Numbered from the stretch's first letter, positions 6,884 to 18,681 are shown. The stretch is DNA of 20,921 nt from Archangium sp. (GCA_031367385.1 JANLPS010000285.1:1-20921); one strand, 5' to 3'. Notes: generated from the letters alone by a model not told the origin. Made by a program: numbers and translations.

Positions 6884-9800
6884 GTGACCGTACACTCCGA
6901 AGTCACCGTGCCGATCTCCGAAGATCAGCAGCATCACAACCCGACCGAAGCCTTGCTGATCGCGCTGCGCGATTTTCGTTCGGCGCATGACCCGCGCAGC
7001 GTGCTGCCTGAGCTCGAACGTCTGGCGCGCGCCGCCGATGCGCTCGATGAGGTGGCCGAGGCCGTCGAAGACGAGTCGGAGCACGTTGAGAACCCGGCTT
7101 CGCTGGTCGCCTTGCTGAGCTTCTGCGGTCGCCTGCGTGAAGACCTGAACCAGCCGCAAAAGGCGATTACCCAGTGGAATGACGTGCTGGCCGCCCAACC
7201 CACCAACGCCGAGGCGCTCGAAGCGCTGACTCGGTTGCTCGCAGCCAACGGTGACCTCGCCCACGCGGCCGAGGCGAGCCTGCGACGTGCCCGCTTGAGC
7301 AGCTCGCCGAGTGACCCCAGCCGTCAGGCTCGCTTCGTCACGACCGCTGACCTCTTCATCGAAGCAGGAGACTCGCACGCGGCGCTGAACGCACTCGATG
7401 AGTCGCTCGCAGGTGGTGCGAAGGCCACAGCCCAGGTTCAGCTGCGCCGCGCTCGACTGCTCGAAAGCACCAGCCCGGCGAATGCGGCGACGGCCTACGC
7501 CGAGGCGCTCTTTGAGCTCGAGGCCGAGGCCACCGAAGGGTTGTTGCGTCTGCTCGTCGAGCCAAGTGCACGTCGCACCGCAGCCCAGGCGCTCGAGCCA
7601 GTGGTGCGGCGAAGAGGTGATCGCCCCCTGCTCACCGAGGTTCTGCAGGCGCGGGTCGAGCACACCAGCGATGCGACGCCTCTCTTGCTCGAGTTGGCCG
7701 CGCTCCACGACGCCGCCGGTGAAGCGCGCCAGGCGCTGGCCACCTGCATTCGCGCCGGAGCCCTCGGGCCGCTCGACTCGAATGCCCGTGCGTTGCTCGA
7801 GCGTCTGGCGGTTGGGCTCGAGGCGAAAGACGAGCTGTTGGCGACGTACGAGGAGTGGCTCGAGCGAGACTCGACCCCTGACCCGAGCTTGATTCTCAGA
7901 GTGGCCCAGCTGCACGAAGAGTTGGGTGATGCCGAGAAGGCGTTCGAAGCCTGGGAGTGGGCGGCCGAGGCGGCCCCTGGCGAGCTTGCGGTGTTGGCCG
8001 CGTTCGCGGAGCGTTGCAGAGAGCAGGGCGACTTCACCCGGTTGGCAAAGGCGCTTCGCTGGCAGCTCGCGGCCACCACGCACGTGGCAGACCGGGTCGC
8101 GTTGCTCGGGGCGCTAGGCCGGTTGTGCGAGGAGAAATTGGGTGACCCCAGCGGCGCCGCGCAGGCCTACCGAGCGCTCATCGAGGCCTCGCCAGGTGAC
8201 CGCCCGGCACTCGAGAGCCTCAAGCGCCTCGCCGAAGAGCGCGGTGATGCGATCGGCGTGGCCGGCGTTCTCGAGCGTCAGCTCGCGCTTGGGCCCAGCA
8301 CCCCGCACGAGCGCGTCGAGCTGCTCCTGAAGCTTGCTCGGTTGATGCTCGTGCAGCCGGGAGATCTCCCACGTGCCCTCGAGCTGCTGCGAGAGGTGTT
8401 GAGCGTGCAGCCTGGCAACGCCGAAGCGGTTGAAGCGCTGACCACGCTCGCGTCTGTGCCGGGCCAGGTTCAGCGGGAGGCGGCCCAGCTCGTCACTCCG
8501 GGCCTGATGGCGCTGGGTGATTTTCAAAAGGTGGTGCAGATCTTCGAGGCGCAACTGGCGGGTCAGAGCACCCCCGAAGAGCGGGTGGCGACGCTGCGGG
8601 AGATCTCCAAGTTGCAGGCGGGGCCGCTGAACGACCCGGAGCTCGCCTTTCTGTCTTTGAGTCGCGCACTCCGTGAGCTGCCTTCTGACGATTCGCTGCT
8701 GCAGCAGACCACGGCGTTGGCAGAGGCTGCGGGCGCCGAAGAAGAGCTCGAGTTGTTGCTGGGCGAGCTCGCGGCGGCGCAGCCTTCAGGGCACCTCCGC
8801 CTGGCCTTGACCCGCACCTTGGCGCGCAGGCTCGACGCTCGAACTGAATCAGGTGAGCGCGGTGAAGCCATCACCGCCTGGACTCAGGTGCTCGACGCAG
8901 CGCCCGGTGATGCCGAGGCGCAGGGCCGGCTCGAGGCGTTGTTGGCGCAGGCGGGCCGGCTGAGCGAGCTGGCGAAGACCTGGCAGGTTCGGGTCGACGC
9001 GGCGACACCCATCGAGCGCCCGGCGCTCATGCTGCGGCTGGCTGAGGCGCAAGAGAACGCTGGGCAACTCGACGAGGCGGCGACGACGTTGATGGGGCTG
9101 TTCACCATCGCTCCGACCTTCGGCACGCTGGTACCGCTGGAGCGGGTGCTGGCGAAGCTGGGCCGAGATCTCGAACGCGCCGAGTCGCTCGCGCGGTTGG
9201 CGGCCTTCGCGGGCGACGCGAACGACGCACCATTGCAGGCTCGGTATCTGGTCAAGCAGGCGCAGGCGCTCATCAGCGGCGGGCACCCCGAGCGTGCGCT
9301 GCGCATCTACGGCGAGCTCGCGACGTTCACCGGCAGCGAGCGGGCCACGGTCGAGGGCTTGCTGACGCTGGCCGCGGTGCCGGCGGTTCGAGATCAGGCG
9401 GTCGAGCTGATGGCCACGCTCTTCACGGCGCCGACTCAGCTCGTCGAACGCAAGACGCTGCTCTCGTCGCTGGTTGCGCTGCCGGGCCTCGAGCGCGCCG
9501 CACCGCTCCGGGCCGAGCTCGCGGAGCTCGACGAGCGGCTGGGTCACCTCCCTGAGGCGTTCGAGGGTCGACTTCGGCTGTTTCAAGACGAGCCACGTTC
9601 GGTGACTGCGCGTGCCGAGCTCGAGCGACTGGCAGTCGCTGCACGTCTCGAGACCGAGTTGGTCAGCGCGTATCAATCAATGCTTCGCACGGCCTCGCCA
9701 CTCGATCGAGCGCTCGAGGTTGAGCTCAAGACGACCATCGCGCGTCTGGGCAGCGCCTCTTCACCAGAAGCCGCCATCGCGCTGTGGGAGGAGCTGGAGC

Positions 9801-12800
9801 GTTCGGACCGGACCGCCCTCGAGCCCCTGCAGGCGCTCGAGGTGCTGTATCGCCAGAGGGCTGATTGGAGTCGCCTCGCTGGAGTTCTGGAGCGGCGAGC
9901 CACCCTGTCGCCTTCGGTCGAGTGCTGGAGCCAGCTCGCCAGGGTGGCCACTGAGCACCTTCACGACGCCACGCTCGCGGCGCGGGCATGGGAGGCCGTG
10001 CTCGAGCAAGCCCCCCACGACCCCACGGCCCTGGCGGCACTCAGCGATCTGCATAAAACCGACGGCCGGCATCAGGCGCTGGCGAGGGTGCTCGAGCAGC
10101 GGGTCGAGCTCGAGCCATCGGTGACGGGGCAAGTCGAGTTGCTGTTCGAGCTCGCGAACCTGTTTGAGCGTGAGCTGCATGACGCCGACTCAGCGCTCAC
10201 AGCCTGCCGAGCCATGCTCGACCGCTCGAGCGACCCGCGCGCATTTTCGATGGTCGAGCGGCTGTGTGAGCAGTCGGGCCGCATTGACGAGTGGCGAGCG
10301 TTCGTCGCACGGCAGCTCGCTGAAGCCCTGGCTGCCGCAGACGCCGAGCGAATGAGCGCCTTGCGCGTTCGTCTGGCGCGCATCGATCATCGCTTTCGCG
10401 CTGACGACCAATCGGCGCTCGAGCTCCTCGAGACCGTTCGCGCCACCGAACCGCAGCACCCCGAGGCCATCGCGACGCTCGAAGCGCTGATGCGCAGTGA
10501 ACGCCCCGCCTCTGCACAGGCGGCGCACGCGCTCGAGTCTCATGCGCAGCGCACGGGCAATCACGCGCTCCAAATCGAAGCGCTCGAGGTGAGGGCGCTC
10601 GCTGCCCAGCCGGTCACTCGGGCCCAGTTGCTTCACCAGGTGGCCGATCTCCACGAGCGCACGAGTGCATCGCTGCCACGGGCTTTCGACGCCGTGGCCC
10701 GCCTGCTCCGAGCAGACCCTTCGGACATCAGGGCTCTGGAGCGCGTAGTGGCGCTGGCGGGGCCCGCGAAAAAATACGCCGAGGCGAGCGCGTTGTTGGC
10801 CGAGGTAGCCCCGTCGGTGGCTCCAAGCGAGCGGGTCACGGTGTGGCGCGAGCTGGCGGCGGTTCGGGCCACGCTGGGTGATGTCGAAGGTGAGCTCGAA
10901 GCGCTGCACGGCCTGCTCGAGGTGGCTCCGACTGATCTGGCCGCGCTGGAGCGGCGGAGCGCGCTGCTCGAGAAGCGCGGCGAGTGGCCTGAGTTCGAAG
11001 CCGTGCTGAGCCGTCGACTCGCCCTCACCGAGCGCGGCACCGACCCTCACGTGACACTGATTCGCCAGCTGAGCCGGCTTCAACGAGACGGGCTCCTCGA
11101 GCCCGGGCGTGCGGCACAGACACTTCGCGAGCTGCTCGCCTTGCGCCCCGACGACGCCGACGCGCTCGAGCAGATGGACGCGTTGTGTGTACGGCTGTCG
11201 CGCTGGCCCGAGCTGGTAGACGTGCTCGAGCGGCGAATTCGTCTCGAGCAGGGTGATCGACCGGCATTGCTGGTGCGGCTCGCGAAGCTGCAGCGCGAGC
11301 GCGCGAAAGCCCCCGATGCTGCTCTGGCTTTGTTGGGCGAGCTGCTTCACGTAGACCCGAAGCACGCCGAGGCACTGCGCGAGCTCGAGTCGCTGATTGG
11401 GGAGGCTCCGGGCTGGGCGCCTGCTGCGCAGCTGGCGCTGACGGCCTATCGCCGCAACCGAGACTACAAACAGTTGGCGGTGCATCTCGACGCGCGCGCG
11501 AACGTCGCTCAGCCTGGTGCTCCACGGGCGGCGTTGTGGCTCGAGCTCGCCGAGGTGCAGTTCGTTCATCAAGGCGACCCGGAGCTGGCGTTTCTTGCCA
11601 TCGCACGGGCCTGGCGTGATGCCCCGACCGATCTCGCGATTCGAGAGAAAGTCGAGACGCTCGCCGAGGCGGCCTCGGCCCACGAGGCGATGGCGGCGCT
11701 GTTCGAAGAGGTGTTGCCGCTGTTGTCAGCCCCTCACGACACCGCGGTCACGCTGAGCCTGGCACGCCTTTACGAGAAGCAACTGACTGACCCGGCTCGA
11801 GCGGCGACGCTGTACCGGGCGGCGCTCAAGCAGGCTCCGCATGCGAAAGAGCAGGCGCTGGCGGGCCTCGATCGCACGTTGCTCGTGCTCAAGCGGTGGG
11901 AGGAGCTGTTGCTGGTGCTGGAGGCGCGCGAGGCGCTGCTCTCAGAAGGGGCCGAGCGGTTGGCGCTGCTGCTGCGAATCGGCGCCATCGCCAATGAGCG
12001 GGTCGATCAGCCGCACCGGGCCGTCGAGGCGTATCGGGCCGTGCTCACTCGAGAGCCACTGCACCCCGTGGCCACGCAGGCGCTCGAAGGGCTCTATGAG
12101 CGTACCGGCGAGGTCGATGCCTGGCTCGAGCTGCTCGAGCGGCGGCTCCCCACTCAGACCGCCGGAGAGCAACGCGCGCTGCGGCTCAAGATGGCGCGCT
12201 TGTGCCAGACGACCGATGTCGAGCGCTGCATCGCGCTCTGCCGGCACCTGCTCAACGATGACCCGCTGATGGTCGAGGCGTTCACCCTGCTGTGCGAGTG
12301 TTTCGAGGCGACTTCGCGCTGGGCTGAGCTCGAAGCGCTGCTCGATGCCCGACTGCGCCTGACGCGTGAGCCCGCCGCGAGCGCCGAGCTCAGCTTCAAG
12401 CTCGCGCAGCTCATCTACCGCCGTCGCAAAGCGCCCTCCGACGCGATTGAACGGTATCGGGCGGTGCTCGAGCACGACGCTCATCACTTCGGTTCGCTCG
12501 ACGCGCTGCGAGAGATCTTCGAAGCGTCGGGCGACCAATCATCACTCGCGAAAATTCTCAGTCAGCTTGGGCAAGGCGACGAAACCCCAGCGCGGCGGCG
12601 TGAATATCAGGTGCGCCTCGCCGAGGTTCGGGCGGTACTGGGTGAGCGCGACGGGGCCATCACCGCGGCGCGGGCGGCGCTCGGGCTGGGTCACGAAGAC
12701 CTCGAGACCGAGCTGAAGCGGCTGCGAAGCGTGCTGGTCGGTCTCGACGCGGTCTCCGAAGTGGCGACCACGCTGGAGCGGCTCGCCCGACTCGAAGTCG

Positions 12801-15800
12801 AGCGTGACGACACGCCGCAGGCGATTGAAACGCTGCTCGAGCTGGCGGTGTTCGATACGCGCCAGACGAACACCGAGGGTGCCGCGGCGGCGCTCGAACA
12901 GGTGCTTCTGCTCGACCCGAAGCATCGGGTCGCTTACGAGCGCGCCGGGCGGCTCTACACCGAGGCCGGCCTGTGGGCGCCGTGGGCCACGATGATCGCC
13001 CGGTTCCTCCCGAACCTGACCGCTGATGAGCGCCGCACGATGGTCGATCGCCTCTCTGCGGTGAACATCGAGCACCTCGGTGATTCGGCCGCAGGGCTGC
13101 GCTGGGCGATTGAAGCCGTTCGGTTGACTCCGGGGTCGGCGCCTCGTCGGCGCAGTGCCGAGGCGTTGGCGGGCTCACTGAAGAAGCTGAACCCGCTGGC
13201 CGATGCCTACGCCCAGATTCTCTCTGAGCTGGCGTTCGGGCGTGATTTCGCCGAGCTCTCCCTCGCGCTGGCGGCGATTCAAGACCTGTCGCTCGATCGC
13301 GTCGACGCGGCCGAACAGACCTTGTGCGGCGTACTGGCCCATGACCCAGCGCACGACGGAGCGCTCACCGCGCTGGTGCAGCTCTTCGCGCGGCGCGGGC
13401 TTCACGAGCGTCACGCTAAGGCGCTTGAACAGAAGCTCGAGTTCGCCGCCGATCGCGCGGCCCGGGTCGAAATACTCGCGCAGCTCGCCGTGCTCGAAGA
13501 GACCAAGCTCGCGCACCCGAGCAAGGCGGTGGCAGCCCTCGGCAGGTTGATGGAGGTCGACCCGAGCGTGGCGCACGCCCGCCTGGTGGTTGATCTCCAT
13601 CGCCGGCTGAAGACCTGGCCCGAGGCGCTCAAGGCCTTGCAGGCGCTCAAGGCGCTCTGCGCACCCGGCCCGGCGCGCGTGCCGGTACAGCTGGAGATCG
13701 CGCGGCTTCAAGAGCTCGAGCTTCAAGACCCGCTCTCGGCGGTGACCTCGTATCTCGGCGTGTTGGAGCTGGCCCGCGACTCGAGCGAGGCGTTTCGGGC
13801 GCTCGAACGGCTCTATGTGCAGCTCGAGCGGCCCCTCGACCTGCTGCGCACCTACGAGCAGCGCCTCGCGCTCTCTCTGGAGCCTGCCGAGGCGATCGAG
13901 CTGCACTTCAAGTCGGCCGACCTGTGGGAGAAGCGCGAGCAACCGCTCAACGCCGACAATGCGCTCAAGGCGGTGCTGAAGATCGACCCGACCCAGCTGC
14001 GCGCGTTGGAGCGCTTGAACGGCCTGCGCAGGGCCGGCAGGCGCTGGCGCCCGTTGCTCGAGACCCTCGAGCAAACGGTGAACCTGCTGACCGACCCAAC
14101 CGCGGCGGCGGAGCTGTGCACGGAGGCAGGGCAGGTGCACCTGGAGCAGCTGCGAGACCCCACCGGCGCTCACACCTGGTGGACGCGGGCGGTGAGCCTG
14201 GTGACCGACCACCGGCCGGCGCTGGAGGCCCTCGTCGAGCTTCACGTGAGCTCGCGTCAATGGCCCGAGGCCCTCGCGCTGCTCAAGCGACAAGCGCTGC
14301 TCGAAGAAGACGCGGGCACGCGCGCCCGGCTCGAGCATCGCGCCGGTACGGTGCTGGAGACCGAGCTTCATGACGCGGCCGGTGCCCGCGCGGCGTACCA
14401 GCGATCGCTTCAGGCGCACCCGGTGTATTTGCCGGCGCTGAGGCGGCTGCGCGCGCTGCTCTTTCAAGCCCAAGAATGGAGCGAGTACGAAGCGACACTG
14501 GCGCAGGAGGCGAAGCGTGCACCGAGCCAGACCGACCGCTGCGCGGCCGCCATCGAGCTCGCGGCGCACTTCGAGGGGCAGGCCCAGAACCCGGAGCAGG
14601 CCGTTGTCTGGTACGAGCACGCCCTCAAAGCCCGCGCCGAGTCGCTCGAAGCGGCGCTCCCATTGTGCGATGTGCTGGTCAAGCTCGAGCGGTGGCCCCG
14701 GGCGGCCGAGGTGCTGACCGCCAGCCTGGTGCTGCTCGAGCGTGAGCCGAAGCGTCCCCACGCCGAGCGGGTCAAGCGCCTGTGCCACCTGGCCGCGGTC
14801 TACCAGCGCCTCTCCAAACCTCGGTTGGCGTTGGAGACGTACGATCGCGCGGGCACTGAAGACCCGGGAGCCTTGCCGGTGCTCAGCGCCGTGCTCGAGG
14901 TGTTGGGCGCGCAGGGCCAATTGGGCGAAGCGCGCCTGCGGCTCGAAGCGTTCTTGCAGACGTTCGGCGGTACGCTGCCCACTTCAGAGCGTGCGACGCT
15001 GCTGCTGCGCCTGGCCACCGTGCAGTGGGGGCTGCGCGACGCGGCGGCGGTACAGGCCGCGGCGGAGTCGGTGCTGGAGCTCGAAAAACAGAACGTCGCT
15101 GCGCTCGAGCTGCTGGTGGTGGTCGGAGATGCGCAGGGTCAGTTCGAGAAATCAGCGATCGCTCGCAAGCGCCTGGCCGCCGCCGCCACGGGAGACGCCC
15201 GGGTGAAGTGGCTGGTCGAGCTCGGAGAGATGCTGCGCGAGAAAATCGGCAGCCCGCTTCGAGCCGTCGACCCGCTGCTCGAGGCGCTCAAGCTCAAGCC
15301 GGCGTCGATCGCTGTGCTGGAGCAGCTCTACGCCTCGTACCGTGGGCTCAACGACCCTCGCAAAGCGGCCCAGACGCTGCAGTCTTTGGTCAACCACCCC
15401 GAGCGCAGCAGCTCGCAGCGTGGCGATGACAGCCTCGCGCTCGCCGAGCTGCTCGGTCGGCACCTGGAGCAGCCCGACCGGGCCGCGACCGTGCTCGAGC
15501 AAGCGCTCGACGAAAACCCATCGTTCGTGCCGGCGCTGCAAGCCCTCGAGACGGTGCTCGCGAATGGGCGCGCATGGGCGAGGTTGGCTTCGGCGTATGC
15601 GCGAATCATCGAGCGCATGGGCTCGACCGAGAGCGCTCCGGTCAGGGCTGCGATCTGGCGGGCGCTGGGCGAGCTGCGGCTGCGTCAGCTGGGTGACAAG
15701 GCCGGGGCGCTCGAAGCGTTCGAGGCGAGCGCAAAGCTCCTGCCGTTCGATGGCCCCACCCAGGAGACCTTTGCCGACCTGGCCCTCGGCTTTCCCGACC

Positions 15801-16870
15801 GGGCGCGGGCGGCGTTGGAGGCGCTTCTGCGCGTGCTGCCCTCGAGCACCAGCGCGGCACACGTGTGCCTCGCCGCTCGACTCGCCGCCGAGCATGAAGG
15901 TGACCTCGACTCCGCGTGGAGCGCGGCGCGCGCAGCCGAGGTGCTGAACGTGCTCGACGCGGGGCATCGCGCGGTGTTGACGCGCAGCTCCGTCAAGCTC
16001 CCGCCGACGCTCACGAAAGCAGTGAGCACGAAGCTGTGGCGCGAGCGGCTGCTGCACCCGCAGGCGCGCGGGCCGATCGCCGAGGTGATGACGCTGCTCT
16101 GCGAGGCGTGGGCGCCGCAGAACGCTCCGTCGGTCTCCGACTTTCAGATTCACCCGAAGCACCACGCCATCGACCGCCGGGGAGGTCTGCACGCAGCGTT
16201 GACGGAGCTGCTTCGGGCGGCCCATTGGCTCGCTTTGGCGCCTCCGGCGATCTTCTCGCCCTATCTGGCGACGCAGACCTCGAACCAACGCACGCCGCAC
16301 CCTGACGACTCGATTTTTCTCAAGGTGTTGCCGACCTCGCCGCCCAGCGTGGTGGTGGGGCAGGGCTTGCTCGAAGCCAAAGATCGCACCGCGCTGCACG
16401 CGTTGTTCGGCGCTCACCTGTGCGCCCTGCGGCCCGAGGTGGCGCTCACCTTCATGATGCCGCCCGACCAGCTGGAGGCGCTCTTCGAAGCCGCGCTGGG
16501 CGTGTGCGACCCATCGCGGGTGTCGTCGGTGAGCCCGAGCCTGCTGAAGATCGAGCGCAAGCGGCTCGACAAGGCCCTCACCGCGACCACTCGCGAAGCG
16601 TTGAAGACCTGTGGTGCCGCGTACCTGAAGGCGGCCGCCCCGGGAGACTTCAAGCGCTTCTGTGAGGGCGCCAGCATGACGACGCTGCGGGTGGCGCTGC
16701 TGATCTCTGGCGACCTTGCGGCGGTGCGTGCGCGGCTGTTGCCTGCCGGCCCTTCGGCTGAGCCTGCGCTCCGCGAGCTGCTGCGTTTTGCGCTGGGAGG
16801 AGATCTGCGTGCGCTGCGGGTCGCCACCGGTCATGCACTGGTGTCAGCGACCGAAAGCGCCCAAAAGTAA
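6884..16870 (+). CDS. Giant tetratricopeptide-repeat protein (3328 aa), resembling myxobacterial AgmK-type TPR proteins
   Basis: 9987-nt ORF rich in Ala/Leu/Glu/Arg, with recurring TPR-like units (e.g. AAQAYRALIEASPGDRPALESLKRL, AIERYRAVLEHDAHHFGSLDALREI). No signal peptide or TM segment is evident. An in-frame TAA at 6815-6817 limits the upstream extent. The start is GTG 6884 or GTG 6908. Orthology to agmK is not established. Confidence 0.9.
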   Translation: MTVHSEVTVPISEDQQHHNPTEALLIALRDFRSAHDPRSVLPELERLARAADALDEVAEAVEDESEHVENPASLVALLSFCGRLREDLNQPQKAITQWNDVLAAQPTNAEALEALTRLLAANGDLAHAAEASLRRARLSSSPSDPSRQARFVTTADLFIEAGDSHAALNALDESLAGGAKATAQVQLRRARLLESTSPANAATAYAEALFELEAEATEGLLRLLVEPSARRTAAQALEPVVRRRGDRPLLTEVLQARVEHTSDATPLLLELAALHDAAGEARQALATCIRAGALGPLDSNARALLERLAVGLEAKDELLATYEEWLERDSTPDPSLILRVAQLHEELGDAEKAFEAWEWAAEAAPGELAVLAAFAERCREQGDFTRLAKALRWQLAATTHVADRVALLGALGRLCEEKLGDPSGAAQAYRALIEASPGDRPALESLKRLAEERGDAIGVAGVLERQLALGPSTPHERVELLLKLARLMLVQPGDLPRALELLREVLSVQPGNAEAVEALTTLASVPGQVQREAAQLVTPGLMALGDFQKVVQIFEAQLAGQSTPEERVATLREISKLQAGPLNDPELAFLSLSRALRELPSDDSLLQQTTALAEAAGAEEELELLLGELAAAQPSGHLRLALTRTLARRLDARTESGERGEAITAWTQVLDAAPGDAEAQGRLEALLAQAGRLSELAKTWQVRVDAATPIERPALMLRLAEAQENAGQLDEAATTLMGLFTIAPTFGTLVPLERVLAKLGRDLERAESLARLAAFAGDANDAPLQARYLVKQAQALISGGHPERALRIYGELATFTGSERATVEGLLTLAAVPAVRDQAVELMATLFTAPTQLVERKTLLSSLVALPGLERAAPLRAELAELDERLGHLPEAFEGRLRLFQDEPRSVTARAELERLAVAARLETELVSAYQSMLRTASPLDRALEVELKTTIARLGSASSPEAAIALWEELERSDRTALEPLQALEVLYRQRADWSRLAGVLERRATLSPSVECWSQLARVATEHLHDATLAARAWEAVLEQAPHDPTALAALSDLHKTDGRHQALARVLEQRVELEPSVTGQVELLFELANLFERELHDADSALTACRAMLDRSSDPRAFSMVERLCEQSGRIDEWRAFVARQLAEALAAADAERMSALRVRLARIDHRFRADDQSALELLETVRATEPQHPEAIATLEALMRSERPASAQAAHALESHAQRTGNHALQIEALEVRALAAQPVTRAQLLHQVADLHERTSASLPRAFDAVARLLRADPSDIRALERVVALAGPAKKYAEASALLAEVAPSVAPSERVTVWRELAAVRATLGDVEGELEALHGLLEVAPTDLAALERRSALLEKRGEWPEFEAVLSRRLALTERGTDPHVTLIRQLSRLQRDGLLEPGRAAQTLRELLALRPDDADALEQMDALCVRLSRWPELVDVLERRIRLEQGDRPALLVRLAKLQRERAKAPDAALALLGELLHVDPKHAEALRELESLIGEAPGWAPAAQLALTAYRRNRDYKQLAVHLDARANVAQPGAPRAALWLELAEVQFVHQGDPELAFLAIARAWRDAPTDLAIREKVETLAEAASAHEAMAALFEEVLPLLSAPHDTAVTLSLARLYEKQLTDPARAATLYRAALKQAPHAKEQALAGLDRTLLVLKRWEELLLVLEAREALLSEGAERLALLLRIGAIANERVDQPHRAVEAYRAVLTREPLHPVATQALEGLYERTGEVDAWLELLERRLPTQTAGEQRALRLKMARLCQTTDVERCIALCRHLLNDDPLMVEAFTLLCECFEATSRWAELEALLDARLRLTREPAASAELSFKLAQLIYRRRKAPSDAIERYRAVLEHDAHHFGSLDALREIFEASGDQSSLAKILSQLGQGDETPARRREYQVRLAEVRAVLGERDGAITAARAALGLGHEDLETELKRLRSVLVGLDAVSEVATTLERLARLEVERDDTPQAIETLLELAVFDTRQTNTEGAAAALEQVLLLDPKHRVAYERAGRLYTEAGLWAPWATMIARFLPNLTADERRTMVDRLSAVNIEHLGDSAAGLRWAIEAVRLTPGSAPRRRSAEALAGSLKKLNPLADAYAQILSELAFGRDFAELSLALAAIQDLSLDRVDAAEQTLCGVLAHDPAHDGALTALVQLFARRGLHERHAKALEQKLEFAADRAARVEILAQLAVLEETKLAHPSKAVAALGRLMEVDPSVAHARLVVDLHRRLKTWPEALKALQALKALCAPGPARVPVQLEIARLQELELQDPLSAVTSYLGVLELARDSSEAFRALERLYVQLERPLDLLRTYEQRLALSLEPAEAIELHFKSADLWEKREQPLNADNALKAVLKIDPTQLRALERLNGLRRAGRRWRPLLETLEQTVNLLTDPTAAAELCTEAGQVHLEQLRDPTGAHTWWTRAVSLVTDHRPALEALVELHVSSRQWPEALALLKRQALLEEDAGTRARLEHRAGTVLETELHDAAGARAAYQRSLQAHPVYLPALRRLRALLFQAQEWSEYEATLAQEAKRAPSQTDRCAAAIELAAHFEGQAQNPEQAVVWYEHALKARAESLEAALPLCDVLVKLERWPRAAEVLTASLVLLEREPKRPHAERVKRLCHLAAVYQRLSKPRLALETYDRAGTEDPGALPVLSAVLEVLGAQGQLGEARLRLEAFLQTFGGTLPTSERATLLLRLATVQWGLRDAAAVQAAAESVLELEKQNVAALELLVVVGDAQGQFEKSAIARKRLAAAATGDARVKWLVELGEMLREKIGSPLRAVDPLLEALKLKPASIAVLEQLYASYRGLNDPRKAAQTLQSLVNHPERSSSQRGDDSLALAELLGRHLEQPDRAATVLEQALDENPSFVPALQALETVLANGRAWARLASAYARIIERMGSTESAPVRAAIWRALGELRLRQLGDKAGALEAFEASAKLLPFDGPTQETFADLALGFPDRARAALEALLRVLPSSTSAAHVCLAARLAAEHEGDLDSAWSAARAAEVLNVLDAGHRAVLTRSSVKLPPTLTKAVSTKLWRERLLHPQARGPIAEVMTLLCEAWAPQNAPSVSDFQIHPKHHAIDRRGGLHAALTELLRAAHWLALAPPAIFSPYLATQTSNQRTPHPDDSIFLKVLPTSPPSVVVGQGLLEAKDRTALHALFGAHLCALRPEVALTFMMPPDQLEALFEAALGVCDPSRVSSVSPSLLKIERKRLDKALTATTREALKTCGAAYLKAAAPGDFKRFCEGASMTTLRVALLISGDLAAVRARLLPAGPSAEPALRELLRFALGGDLRALRVATGHALVSATESAQK

Positions 16871-16899
16871 TCATCGAGGGCGACAGGGCGCAGAAGGGC

Positions 16900-16928
16900 T
16901 TGACTTGCCCAGAGGGTGCCCGTACCTT
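16900..16928 (+). promoter_or_regulatory. sigma70-type promoter of rho
   Basis: TTGACT (16900-16905), 17-bp spacer, TACCTT (16923-16928), about 120 bp upstream of the rho ATG. Confidence 0.75.
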
Positions 16929-17049
16929 GCCCCGCGCTGTCAGGGCCTGGCGCTGACTCGTTTCCTTCAGTCGCAAAGACCCCGTTTTCCTCCAACACCT
17001 TCGCCGGCCCATGGCAGCAGCCGCGTGCAAGTGCTCGAAATTACCGATT

Positions 17050-18681
<1,632 letters not shown>

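Noticed and set aside
2694..16834. Many long alternative-frame ORFs (e.g. 2694..4784, 6701..8083, 10190..11683, 13175..14920, 15152..16834)
   Set aside because: They lie wholly or mostly within the two giant genes, are Arg/Gly/Ala-rich without motifs, and reflect stop-codon scarcity in high-GC DNA.
6884..16870. Very frequent CTCGAG/GAGCTC hexamers
   Set aside because: Explained by Leu-Glu and Glu-Leu dipeptides using the preferred codons. They are not a DNA repeat array.
6884..16870. Assigning the symbol agmK or a gliding-motility function
   Set aside because: Myxobacteria have several giant TPR paralogues and no glt/agl genes flank this one. Orthology needs a phylogeny.
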